Of a DNA stretch of 32,000 bases, positions 1-8,916 are shown piece by piece (position 1 is the stretch's first letter; every line of letters starts with the position of its first letter). The position numbers and the translations under genes are program-made. The DNA comes from Candidatus Hermodarchaeota archaeon (GTDB lineage Archaea; Asgardarchaeota; Heimdallarchaeia; Hodarchaeales; Hodarchaeaceae): NCBI GenBank assembly GCA_048886185.1, contig JBHLKY010000032.1, forward strand, positions 5,818 to 37,817, in the 5' to 3' direction. Under the pieces are notes generated by a model. It was not told where the DNA came from, ran no database searches, and saw only the letters and a program-made list of their open reading frames with translations.

Positions 1-25
1 TACAAGAAATTAAATTTATTTTTAA

Positions 26-667
26 TCAAGTAATAAGAATAAGCCCCATTAATGTTCCAAAAGGAATACTTTCTGGTTTTGCATCACTTCCTATTGGGTA
101 AATATCCCATCCAAGTTTGACTGCTAACTGAAAGCAATCAATCCCCACTGCTTCCATACTAGGTCTCGCTTTTAACGTAAATCGGCATTTACTCCCCAAT
201 AAAACAGCACAATCATCTTCCCAACAAAAAGTGAATTTACACGAGCCAGCTCCAAAACCTACCGCCAAATAATGACCATCATAAAACGCTGTACTTTCGA
301 TTTTATTGACAATCTCAGAAATCTTCTGATATGCTTTTACACGTTCTCTACTGGTTTGTTTATTCCGTACAATAACCTCAGGATCCACATTGCATTTAAA
401 TATGATCGACCATCGATATTGTGACACATATCGTCTAGTTTCCTCTGGTTTAAGACTGTGAGGCGGACAATTAGCACAGACACCATATCCAAAACATTTG
501 GGAATTATACATTTTAAGACAACACGATCATCTACTGGAATATGACTGGTTTGGATGAACTTGGCTTCATTAGCGCCTAGCTCCTTCGCTAAGATACAAT
601 ACCTTTCCAAGTCCTTTAAGATTTGATCATCTGGAATGGATAGATGAATTTTTTCCACTTTGGGCAT
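26..667 (-). CDS. DUF2284-family predicted metal-binding (Cys-rich) protein
   Basis: 213-aa ORF with CIIPKCFGYGVCANCPPH, GAGSCKFTFC..DC...CRF and ARPSMEAVGID, the pattern I recognise for DUF2284; GAGG SD-like sequence upstream of ATG. Confidence 0.85.
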   Translation of the reverse strand: MPKVEKIHLSIPDDQILKDLERYCILAKELGANEAKFIQTSHIPVDDRVVLKCIIPKCFGYGVCANCPPHSLKPEETRRYVSQYRWSIIFKCNVDPEVIVRNKQTSRERVKAYQKISEIVNKIESTAFYDGHYLAVGFGAGSCKFTFCWEDDCAVLLGSKCRFTLKARPSMEAVGIDCFQLAVKLGWDIYPIGSDAKPESIPFGTLMGLILIT

Positions 668-1174
668 CGTTTTACCTCATTATCTGTACAATTTTAAACA
701 TCTGGACTTAAGATAATAATTGTTTTCCCTCTTCTTGAATAGATCTTGACTTTAATAAATCCTAATTAACTGAAAGCAATTAAGCCTTTAGTAAAAAGAG
801 CTATTCTTTTGATGGAGTTTGGCTTTGAGACCTTGTGAATAAGTAAGAACAAACAGATAGTGAAGATAGTTCTGATCACATCTTCGCGGAGGACTTTTAA
901 CGCAATAGATGTGTTACTATTGGAGTCATTCATCTAAGCAAAACCTATTATTAAAGAACAGGCTATAAGAGGAGGAATGGATCTAGTGATAAGGAAAATT
1001 ACCTTTTTTTCTTTCCTAAATTGTATGAAGAATCATCTTCCAAATCCACTCATTCAAAATATAGCTTTATATCTAGATTGATGATTCTAATCCTTCTAGG
1101 GAAGAAATTATATTTGAAAAGGGGTATAAAGAATAAAAAATGAAAGAGAGGGAGGGAGTATCCCTTAAGGAGAA

Positions 1175-2884
1175 CTAAACTAGATAATCTTTCGTGGGAG
1201 TTCGGCTTCGGAGAACAACAATGTAGAAACCAATAGTGAGAACGGTCCCAAACAAAGCTTCGGGAAGAACCTCTAGAAAAGTCCGCTTACTTAAAATAAG
1301 ACTAATAGAGTCAAAATAGCCAAAAGGCGTAAAGAATCGTAACCATGATAAATCACTACCTGGGAGAAAAGCGATGAAAATAATTAAGACAAAGAACACA
1401 TAACCAACCATTAGCGTTTTCAGAACATGTTTATGAGGCACAAGAAGTGCAAGAGTGAGGAAGAAGACAAAGATGAAACCGTATCCCCAAATAAAAATGA
1501 TGTAACTTGTCAAAGTAGGGATTAAATCTGATGTTCGATTAAGAAGAACTTCCATGATGAGGAGTGTTAAAAAACTAGCAAGAAGTGCTATAGTTAAATA
1601 GATAAGTCCAGCGATAGTTCGACTGACTAGAATACGGTTAGCAGTTTTAGGAAATGTCCAGGTTATTTCAGCATAGCGTCTTCTATAATCTCGCATGATG
1701 ATATCATAAATAACAATGAGAATAAAGGGAGCTAACACCATCCAGGCAAAGCTGAAAATCTCAAACGCAAGATATGTTTCTATTGTCATTGGGAGATCTT
1801 GAAAAGTGTTTCCAAATAACAATGCCTCCATAAACGGCATATTAAAACTTTGTAAAAGCTCACCAACTTCTTCCTCCACATACATCCCGATAACATAAAA
1901 AGAATAGAATATCATGAATCCTAGAAAAAAGATGAACACAGTTGCATTAGCATGAAGCTGATCACGAACAGCAGGGTATTTCCAACCTAATCGTCCCAGT
2001 AATTTATCCATTGGAGCCCGTACATGAGACAATTTTTGAGAAAATCTCCTTTTTCTGATCTCCTCCGATTCTTCCACAATCGTTTGTTGTTGAACTCCTT
2101 TCTCCAGAAAATCCTTTCTATACAAGAGACTGATTGAAGCAATAACTAGAATGACGACAAGAATAACAACTAATATAATAAACTCTTCATTCCATGTTCC
2201 TGATAAACTTTTACTGACAACATCTGCTTGAGAGAATAAACTCAATTGGCTAAGAGAATCAAGCTCACTAATCTGGTTAGCTGTTAGCTCTACTACTATT
2301 GAAAAAATAATATATAATCCTCCAATTGCATATCCAGTAGTTTTAGAGAAATTGATAGTACATCCGAAAGTAGTGAGAAAAGCTACTGCAATTACAAGTA
2401 AAAATGCAAGAAAGAAACATATAGTAAGATTTGGGACTGCATCCCAAGCATCATTGATGTAAAGAAGACCAATTGCTACAAGATAATTAATGAATGTAAT
2501 CAAACCTATTAAACCAATAACAACCAAGGAATTTTCTAGGAACGAGGTTATTAAAGACTTCGGAGTGGTAAAGAGAATTTCTTTACCATCTCTCTCATTC
2601 AACGGTAATAAATTACTTCCAAGAAAAACACCTGCGATCGGTAAGTACAAGGATAGAGCGAATCCACAGAAAAATATTAACCAAAGAGCGAATCCTGGAT
2701 TATCAGTAGGAAAATCTCCAAGGAAGGACATGAGTCGAATGAATTCTGTGAGTGCTTCTTCACCCGGATAAAACAGAGATATTCCGATTATCAATGCAGC
2801 ATAAAGAAAAATTGATAATCCAAGAACAGTTCGATGGCGAAAACTATGAAGATAAAATCGTTTAACAAGCTTTGATAAGCTCAT
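1175..2884 (-). CDS. ABC-2 type exporter permease, internally duplicated (two fused permease halves)
   Basis: 569 aa, about 12 hydrophobic segments in two similar halves (ERDGKEILFTTPKS / DYRRRYAEITWTFPKT; LSQLSLFSQ / LRFFTPFGY); ATGA overlap with the ATPase gene. Confidence 0.85.
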   Translation of the reverse strand: MSLSKLVKRFYLHSFRHRTVLGLSIFLYAALIIGISLFYPGEEALTEFIRLMSFLGDFPTDNPGFALWLIFFCGFALSLYLPIAGVFLGSNLLPLNERDGKEILFTTPKSLITSFLENSLVVIGLIGLITFINYLVAIGLLYINDAWDAVPNLTICFFLAFLLVIAVAFLTTFGCTINFSKTTGYAIGGLYIIFSIVVELTANQISELDSLSQLSLFSQADVVSKSLSGTWNEEFIILVVILVVILVIASISLLYRKDFLEKGVQQQTIVEESEEIRKRRFSQKLSHVRAPMDKLLGRLGWKYPAVRDQLHANATVFIFFLGFMIFYSFYVIGMYVEEEVGELLQSFNMPFMEALLFGNTFQDLPMTIETYLAFEIFSFAWMVLAPFILIVIYDIIMRDYRRRYAEITWTFPKTANRILVSRTIAGLIYLTIALLASFLTLLIMEVLLNRTSDLIPTLTSYIIFIWGYGFIFVFFLTLALLVPHKHVLKTLMVGYVFFVLIIFIAFLPGSDLSWLRFFTPFGYFDSISLILSKRTFLEVLPEALFGTVLTIGFYIVVLRSRTPTKDYLV

Positions 2885-3777
2885 TTGGAACCCTCTTCTT
2901 TATAGAACTGCAGGAAATAGTCTTCTAGACTAGCAGGAGGAAATACAATCTCTTCAGGTTCCATCGGAATTAGAATTTCAAGATATCTGTTAATCGAATC
3001 CGCTTGGCTTACCAAAATGCGAGCACGATTATCTTCTAATTCGAGTAGATGATCACCAAGAGCATAAAGCCGATCTTTATCTGGATTTTTAAGAGTAACT
3101 TCGAGAATCCTTGAAACTTCCTTGTTAAGACTATCAACATCCACAACACTGATTAGATGACCATCTCGAACAATTCCAACCCGGTCACAAATCCGTTGTA
3201 CCTCTGCAAGGTTATGACTACTGAAAAAGATAGTCTTTCCTCGTCTCTTCGCATCAAGAATGAGATCATATGTCTCCTGTTGTAAAAGTGGATCAAGTCC
3301 AGAAGTCGGTTCGTCAAGAATGAGCACATCAGGATCATGCATAAGTGCAGCAATAATATTTACCTTTTGTTTGTTACCTTTCGATAGCTCACCAATTTTT
3401 TTCTTGATAGGGAGATCAAAGCGTTTAATAAGCTCTTTGCGTCGAGGGCTCGAAGAACCACGCATGCTTTCAACATATGTTAGGAAATCATGGGCTGTGT
3501 AGTCTTCAGGAAGAACTCCAGCTTCAGCAATATACCCAATATTTTCCCGCAGCTTTGGATTGGATCGTTCAACTTTTGTCCCATTGATCCATACTTCACC
3601 AGCTGTAGGTAAAAGAATATTCATCATACACCTAATAGTGGTGGTTTTGCCAGCACCATTTGGACCAAGAAAGCCAAAAATTTCTCCACTGAGAATTTCA
3701 AGATTGAGATTCTCAATTCCACGGTTTTTCCCATAATATTTGGTCAGATTTTGAATTTTAATTTTTGTTTGAGTCAT
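2881..3777 (-). CDS. ABC transporter ATP-binding protein (ABC-2/DrrA-like exporter)
   Basis: Walker A GPNGAGKTT, signature LSKGN, Walker B LILDEPT, H-loop SSH. Confidence 0.97.
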   Translation of the reverse strand: MTQTKIKIQNLTKYYGKNRGIENLNLEILSGEIFGFLGPNGAGKTTTIRCMMNILLPTAGEVWINGTKVERSNPKLRENIGYIAEAGVLPEDYTAHDFLTYVESMRGSSSPRRKELIKRFDLPIKKKIGELSKGNKQKVNIIAALMHDPDVLILDEPTSGLDPLLQQETYDLILDAKRRGKTIFFSSHNLAEVQRICDRVGIVRDGHLISVVDVDSLNKEVSRILEVTLKNPDKDRLYALGDHLLELEDNRARILVSQADSINRYLEILIPMEPEEIVFPPASLEDYFLQFYKEEGSK

Positions 3778-3819
3778 TTTGAAACGTCCAAATATTTCCG
3801 TTAATTGCAGTAACGATGC

Positions 3820-3848
3820 AAATTTATAAATTTTCCTATTTTGGAAAA
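3820..3848. promoter_or_regulatory. Palindromic TATA-box region plus adjacent inverted repeat (candidate operator) in the divergent ABC/regulator promoter
   Basis: AAATTTATAAATTT (3820-3833, perfect palindrome containing TTTATAAA) overlaps TTTTCC-N6-GGAAAA (3831-3848), between divergent starts at 3777 and 3897. Confidence 0.55.
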
Positions 3849-3896
3849 ATTGAAAAAATAAGAAACTTTTTTTAAAGCACCTTTACTCATCTATAC

Positions 3897-4469
3897 TTGA
3901 TTCAAATGGCAGAGAGACAACCACAGTCCCCTGAAAAAACATTAGAAGATTTTAGAAATAGTATTATTCATCTTTTTGAGGAAATTTGGGCTCTTAGAGG
4001 AACTGATCGCGATGTCGGGCGAATCTATGCCACTGTCTTATTATCCAATAAACCATTTACACAAAAAGAATTGGTGGAGATTACTGGCTATTCTAGAGGT
4101 CAAGTCTCTAAAACACTAAAAGGCCTTGAAAAGGCCCTTTTTGTTACAAAAAGTCGGCCAAAGGGTTCCAGGGAGAAGGTATATTACGTTGGTTCTGGAT
4201 CTTTTCTTAAAACATTTGCTGATAGGATGAAACTCGCCTCCAAAATGCTTCGTCAACAAATGAAACTATTGGAAAAGCATGAGAAAGCATGGATTGAATT
4301 ACCGAAGGAAATTCAAGAGACTCCAGAAGCAAGACATATTTTAGAGGTTGGGGAAACATTTTACAACTATTACGATTTTTATCTTAGCTCGATGGACGAG
4401 GTAATCGAAAAAATTGAAAGGAAAATCCAGCAACTTGATGATCAATTGATAAAAAAAATGGCTATATAA
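3897..4469 (+). CDS. GbsR/MarR-family winged-helix transcriptional regulator
   Basis: GRIYATVLLSNKPFTQKELVEITGYSRGQVSKTLKGL HTH, wing SRPKGSREKVY, C-terminal coiled coil. Listed start is TTG; ATG at 3906 is an alternative. Confidence 0.9.
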   Translation: MIQMAERQPQSPEKTLEDFRNSIIHLFEEIWALRGTDRDVGRIYATVLLSNKPFTQKELVEITGYSRGQVSKTLKGLEKALFVTKSRPKGSREKVYYVGSGSFLKTFADRMKLASKMLRQQMKLLEKHEKAWIELPKEIQETPEARHILEVGETFYNYYDFYLSSMDEVIEKIERKIQQLDDQLIKKMAI

Positions 4470-4760
4470 TTTAAGATTAATTGTTTATTTGACAATAAAA
4501 TTGTGAAAGACAATCCTATTTATAAGCATTTTTCTGACAGGGGGGAGATCTCAAAGAAACCTGATCCCCGATTTACTCATAAGAGTGAATGATACCTGAA
4601 AGTATTGTTTTATTATTTTTGAGTTTGTTCTACTAGGTGAAGAAAATTATTAGGGGTCTTGTGAATGTGTTCTCCTCAGATGATATAATGGATATCCTAT
4701 ATATTACAATTTAATATATTGTGTATAAAGATTCTAGAATATTGTTGGAGATAAGTTAAG

Positions 4761-6098
4761 ATGGTCACGGTAACCGAGAAATTAGCAGATTTTCAACTTC
4801 TTATTTTTAACGAGGATCCTGATGGAAAACGATATTTGTCTCGCCATAAGATACTCATCATGGTTTTTTATATTCTATCATTTATTTTTACATTCTTACA
4901 TTTTACAAGCTTATCCCCTGAAGTTATTGAAAGTATTCACACAGCTTTTCTAAGGGGAGAAGAACCAACTGTTTCTTCATCTCGTTTTTTATCCCTTGCT
5001 GTCCTATTATACCTTTATGTTTCTGCTATGGCGCTGGTATCTTTATTCAGGAATGGGAAACTGCCGAATTTCTTCCAAAAACCAAAGTTTCCATCCATGC
5101 GTCGAAGGTCCAAAATTTTGGTGGCTATTTTTATCTTTTTTTTTACAAGTCTTACCATAGCTATCGCTTACATTTCTATCATGTTCACTTTTTTAGCGAT
5201 GGTTGCTCTGGGACCAATTATGTTTTTTGTCTGGACTTTGTTGGAACCATTCTTCTTGTTGAATGGTATCTTAGTCATTATAGACATTATAGATACCGAT
5301 TATCCATTAGAGGGATATACGAAATACAGTTTACTCGGGATTGTTGTTTTATCGATCTTGGGCTTATTTTTACCAATAGTAGTTGTATCGCTTTTAGGTT
5401 TTTATAAGGAAACAGGTGATTTTATCCAAGTCTCTTTTACTAATTTTTTTGATTTTACATTATTCAAACCTGCAATAATATCCTACAGGAGCACTCTGTC
5501 TGGGATAATCGTCATCACCTTTATATTTATGCTTTTGTGGTTTATCAAAGATCGTATAGGAGGTATTGATTCGATTAGAGAACGCAAAAAGGGAATTCTA
5601 CCTTTCTATTTATGTTTTTGCCTATTATTTATTTCTGTTTCAATTATTCCAATTATTGTTGGTGTGGGTGGTTCCCTAGCAGAATTAACAAGCATTCTAG
5701 ACCTTTTGGGGTTGTTTCTAGCTATTTTTCTTGGAATTTGGCGAGTTCTTGGAATTGACCAGAGAACTGATCCTCTTATTGGTTTTGAACGTATTAATCC
5801 AATAGAAAGAATTAATCGCTTGCATCCCTATTCAAAAGCATTATTTCTTTTAGTAATGAGTATTTGGGGATTTTATTATTCTTTTGAAAATGCGGCTATC
5901 GCCATAATCACAGGATATCCTGACCAATTGAAGATACAACAGCTTGAACTTTTAACAGGATTGATAGGATTGGTATTTATTGTTGTTCTTTGGCGCTTTA
6001 AAGGCAGCCCTCGTTCAGGCACGCCAGGGATCCTCAAAAAAGCTCCTGAACTATTTAAATCTAAAATACAGGAAATAAAAGAATCATTCGAAAGTTAA
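4761..6098 (+). CDS. Polytopic membrane protein of unknown function
   Basis: 445-aa ORF with about 10-11 hydrophobic segments; no family motif recognised; GGAG SD-like sequence upstream. Confidence 0.8.
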   Translation: MVTVTEKLADFQLLIFNEDPDGKRYLSRHKILIMVFYILSFIFTFLHFTSLSPEVIESIHTAFLRGEEPTVSSSRFLSLAVLLYLYVSAMALVSLFRNGKLPNFFQKPKFPSMRRRSKILVAIFIFFFTSLTIAIAYISIMFTFLAMVALGPIMFFVWTLLEPFFLLNGILVIIDIIDTDYPLEGYTKYSLLGIVVLSILGLFLPIVVVSLLGFYKETGDFIQVSFTNFFDFTLFKPAIISYRSTLSGIIVITFIFMLLWFIKDRIGGIDSIRERKKGILPFYLCFCLLFISVSIIPIIVGVGGSLAELTSILDLLGLFLAIFLGIWRVLGIDQRTDPLIGFERINPIERINRLHPYSKALFLLVMSIWGFYYSFENAAIAIITGYPDQLKIQQLELLTGLIGLVFIVVLWRFKGSPRSGTPGILKKAPELFKSKIQEIKESFES

Positions 6099-6131
6099 GA
6101 ACACTTCTCAATGTAAAATAGTCGATTTTGT

Positions 6132-6401
6132 CTATTGCCATCTTTTCAGGGTTGGCATAAGCGACTTCAAATAGACTCTTGCCTCATCTATGCTAATATT
6201 GAGAGTCTCAGCTGTAGTGGGTACGTTTTTCTCGATCATTTCCTTCATAGTAATTTCAGGTTCTGTAAATTCACCCTCCTGATAACATCCGCTGCAGTAA
6301 TCATCACTTAGCGTTCCATCTGTTTCTGATCCTCTATCAGTCGCAGTCAAGGGATATGCACAACTCTGACAAAGAGGCCCAGTTGATTTTTTACTTGTCA
6401 C
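6132..6401 (-). CDS. Stand-alone zinc-ribbon protein (Zn_ribbon_2-like)
   Basis: CQSCAYPL...GSETDGTLSDDYCSGCYQEGEF...TMKEMI; GTG start, 24 bp downstream of the GNAT gene. Confidence 0.85.
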   Translation of the reverse strand: MTSKKSTGPLCQSCAYPLTATDRGSETDGTLSDDYCSGCYQEGEFTEPEITMKEMIEKNVPTTAETLNISIDEARVYLKSLMPTLKRWQ

Positions 6402-6425
6402 GATTAATCATCAAACCTCTAATTT

Positions 6426-7259
6426 CTAGCTTGTGTGATAAAACTTTTGGTTTGGGTAATACAATCCTATTTTGCACACTTCCTTAAAATGCATCTGTTG
6501 ATAAAGCAATGTACCCATTGGTGAAGCTTTTAGTACACCCCATTTGTACCCTAATGAACGGGCTTTGAACAATGGAATTTTGGTCATAAGGGTACCAATT
6601 CCTCTTCTTCTATATTTGGGAACCGTGGCAACATTAAAAATAGCAGCAACTCCCGCAGCCTGAAATAAAATAGAGACTGCTACGGGTTCCTTATCAATGA
6701 AACCAATATAGCGTAACCATGGAGAATTTGGATCAGTACCCAAACTTTTCTCGAATTCATAGATGTGCTTGGTAAAGGAGTCGTTGGCCCCAAATCCTTT
6801 TGTTTCTGTCTTTGCCCAAATCTGTAAGAGTGTATCATTGACTACTGGTCTAAATGAAAAATATGGAGGTAATTTTAACTTCCCATCAAGTTCCTCAAGA
6901 TCAAAGAACATTCCTGGCATATCAGATGATTTTACTAAACCTTGTGTTTCTAAATAAACTCCTAGATCTTTGGGTTCAGTCGTAGGACCAACCCACCAAA
7001 TCATTGGTACGTTCTGTTCTTTGAATGGTTTTAAAGCTAATTCTACTTCGGTTTTTACTTCATTACTTGATAACCTTGCTCCTGCAACTAAATTTAAAGT
7101 TGAGATAGGTAGTCCTGTCAAAATTCTTACCATATTATCTCTATCATCAAAAAGCTTGACTAATGGAGATTTACCAAAATATTTGACCTGAGCAATAAGA
7201 TTTGCTTCAAGCGCTGTTCCAATGACTGTTTTTGATACGTCTCTTAATATTTGATGCAT
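6426..7259 (-). CDS. GNAT-family N-acetyltransferase
   Basis: C-terminal acetyl-CoA motif A VATVPKYRRRGIGT, then LKASPMG..LY. Confidence 0.92.
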   Translation of the reverse strand: MHQILRDVSKTVIGTALEANLIAQVKYFGKSPLVKLFDDRDNMVRILTGLPISTLNLVAGARLSSNEVKTEVELALKPFKEQNVPMIWWVGPTTEPKDLGVYLETQGLVKSSDMPGMFFDLEELDGKLKLPPYFSFRPVVNDTLLQIWAKTETKGFGANDSFTKHIYEFEKSLGTDPNSPWLRYIGFIDKEPVAVSILFQAAGVAAIFNVATVPKYRRRGIGTLMTKIPLFKARSLGYKWGVLKASPMGTLLYQQMHFKEVCKIGLYYPNQKFYHTS

Positions 7260-7341
7260 ATTTAACTTCTCATGAGTAATTCATGGCAAAACTTTTTCGG
7301 AAGCATTGTCGTACAAAAGTTAAACTTTATGCTTTAGGCAA

Positions 7342-7387
7342 TTATACAGTTTGGGTGAAATTATTAATCCCATCAAATACTGTATAA
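7342..7387. repeat. Inverted repeat in the divergent GNAT / beta-glucosidase promoter
   Basis: TTATACAGT (7342-7350) and ACTGTATAA (7379-7387) are perfect complements, with further imperfect inner pairing (TTGGG/CCCATCAA). Confidence 0.6.
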
Positions 7388-7440
7388 AAATTTTAAAACA
7401 AATTAATTACTAAAAGATAGAACAGCATGAAGGAATAAAG

Positions 7441-8844
7441 ATGAAAGAAGTGCGATTCACTAAAGGTTTTTTATGGGGTGCTGCAACTTCAAGCTATCAA
7501 ATCGAAGGAGCATGGAATGAGGACGGGAAGGGGGAGAGTCTATGGGATTATATATGCCACAATCTGGGAATTGTAGCAAGTAATGATACAGGAGATATTG
7601 CTTGTGATCATTATCATCGTTACAAAGAAGATGTGGCATTAATGAAAGAGATGAATCTGAAAGCCTATAGATTTTCTATTTCATGGCCAAGAATTTTCCC
7701 TACTGGTCGAGGTGACGCGAATCAAAAAGGTGTGGATTTCTATGACAGGTTAATTGATGAGTTATGGAAATATGAGATCGAACCAGTAGTTACGCTATAT
7801 CATTGGGATCTTCCACTGGATTTGCAAAGTATCGGTGGCTGGACAAATCCTGAAGTAGTCGAAGCTTTTGTTGAATACGCAAAATTAATGTTCAATCATT
7901 TTGGTGATCGTGTAAAGATGTGGATCACATTTAATGAACCCCAAATCTTCACACTTCTTTACTATTCGCTCGGATTTCTACAAGAAGGAATCCCAGGAGG
8001 TTTTCAGGCTTCTCATCTAGTCAATGTTTCACATGCAAAAGCTGTTCAAGAATATCGTCAAAGTGCTTATTCAGATGGAAAGATCGGAATAACTCTCAAT
8101 TTAAATACTGTATATCCAAAAACTGGCTCAGACATCGATGGACAGGCAACGAAGATTGTGGATAGTCTAATAAATCGCTGGTTTTTAGACCCAGTTTTAA
8201 AAGGATCTTATCCAATGGAAATTCTGAAAGTTCTCCAACAAAAGTTTAATATTTCATTTCTAGAAGAAGATTTATCTCTACTGAGATCTGTTTTACCAAT
8301 GGACTTCTTGGGAGTGAATAACTATTCTTGTAATAGAGTTGGAGTGTCAAAACCTGAAGACCTTTCTGATATCATGTCATTTCTCGAAAAATACTTTTCA
8401 GAAGTAATAGTAGGAGATGAAAAGAAGGAGGATGGACGTGAGTATTCTGAAATGGGTTGGGAAATTTGTCCAGATGGTTTCTATGATTTATTAATCAATA
8501 TTGATAGGGATTATGGTCATCCCCTTTTGTACATTACTGAAAATGGAGCTGCATGCAAAGATGACAGAATAATTGATCAAATTGTTCACGATGACGACCG
8601 GATTAGCTACTTGAAAAGATACCTTAAAGCTGCAAATAGAGCTATTAACAAAGGAGTGAATTTAAGGGGTTATTTTGTTTGGTCTTTTCTAGATAATTTT
8701 GAGTGGCTTCACGGGTACTCAAAACGTTTTGGGTTGATTCGTGTCAATTATGAAACACAAGAACGAATATGGAAGAAGAGTGCTCGTTGGTACCGTGATG
8801 TTATTCAGAATAACGGTTTTATGTTTAGTAAGGTTCAAAAATAG
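7441..8844 (+). CDS. Glycoside hydrolase family 1 beta-glucosidase (cytoplasmic)
   Basis: FLWGAATSSYQIEGA, YRFSISWPRI, TLYHWDLP, acid/base TFNEP, nucleophile YITENG, WSFLDNFEW; no signal peptide. Confidence 0.97.
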   Translation: MKEVRFTKGFLWGAATSSYQIEGAWNEDGKGESLWDYICHNLGIVASNDTGDIACDHYHRYKEDVALMKEMNLKAYRFSISWPRIFPTGRGDANQKGVDFYDRLIDELWKYEIEPVVTLYHWDLPLDLQSIGGWTNPEVVEAFVEYAKLMFNHFGDRVKMWITFNEPQIFTLLYYSLGFLQEGIPGGFQASHLVNVSHAKAVQEYRQSAYSDGKIGITLNLNTVYPKTGSDIDGQATKIVDSLINRWFLDPVLKGSYPMEILKVLQQKFNISFLEEDLSLLRSVLPMDFLGVNNYSCNRVGVSKPEDLSDIMSFLEKYFSEVIVGDEKKEDGREYSEMGWEICPDGFYDLLINIDRDYGHPLLYITENGAACKDDRIIDQIVHDDDRISYLKRYLKAANRAINKGVNLRGYFVWSFLDNFEWLHGYSKRFGLIRVNYETQERIWKKSARWYRDVIQNNGFMFSKVQK

Positions 8845-8916
8845 GAATCACTTATTTATAGAAAAATACCTAAAAATCACTCTTAAAAAATCAAAATTAT
8901 TAGAATGGTTCTATAG

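Noticed and set aside
125-780. Exact 14-bp repeat TAACTGAAAGCAAT at 125-138 and 767-780
   Set aside because: One copy is inside a CDS, and a few such matches are expected by chance in 32 kb of AT-rich sequence.
805-935. Fluoride riboswitch or SECIS, suggested by GATGGAGTT, ATGACTCC and the hairpin
   Set aside because: The motif halves lie on opposite strands, P1 is absent, no AUGA/GA quartet closes the stem, and no in-frame TGA selenoprotein candidate is nearby.
977-1081. 34-codon ORF MDLVIRKITFF... after GAGGAGG
   Set aside because: SD is almost adjacent to the ATG, no motif, and the length is expected by chance in AT-rich DNA.
4540-4570. TPP riboswitch, suggested by GGGG...AACCTGATC
   Set aside because: No CTGAGA/P3 region, no P2' CCC in the right position and no 3' GTAGGGA; only the fragment matches.
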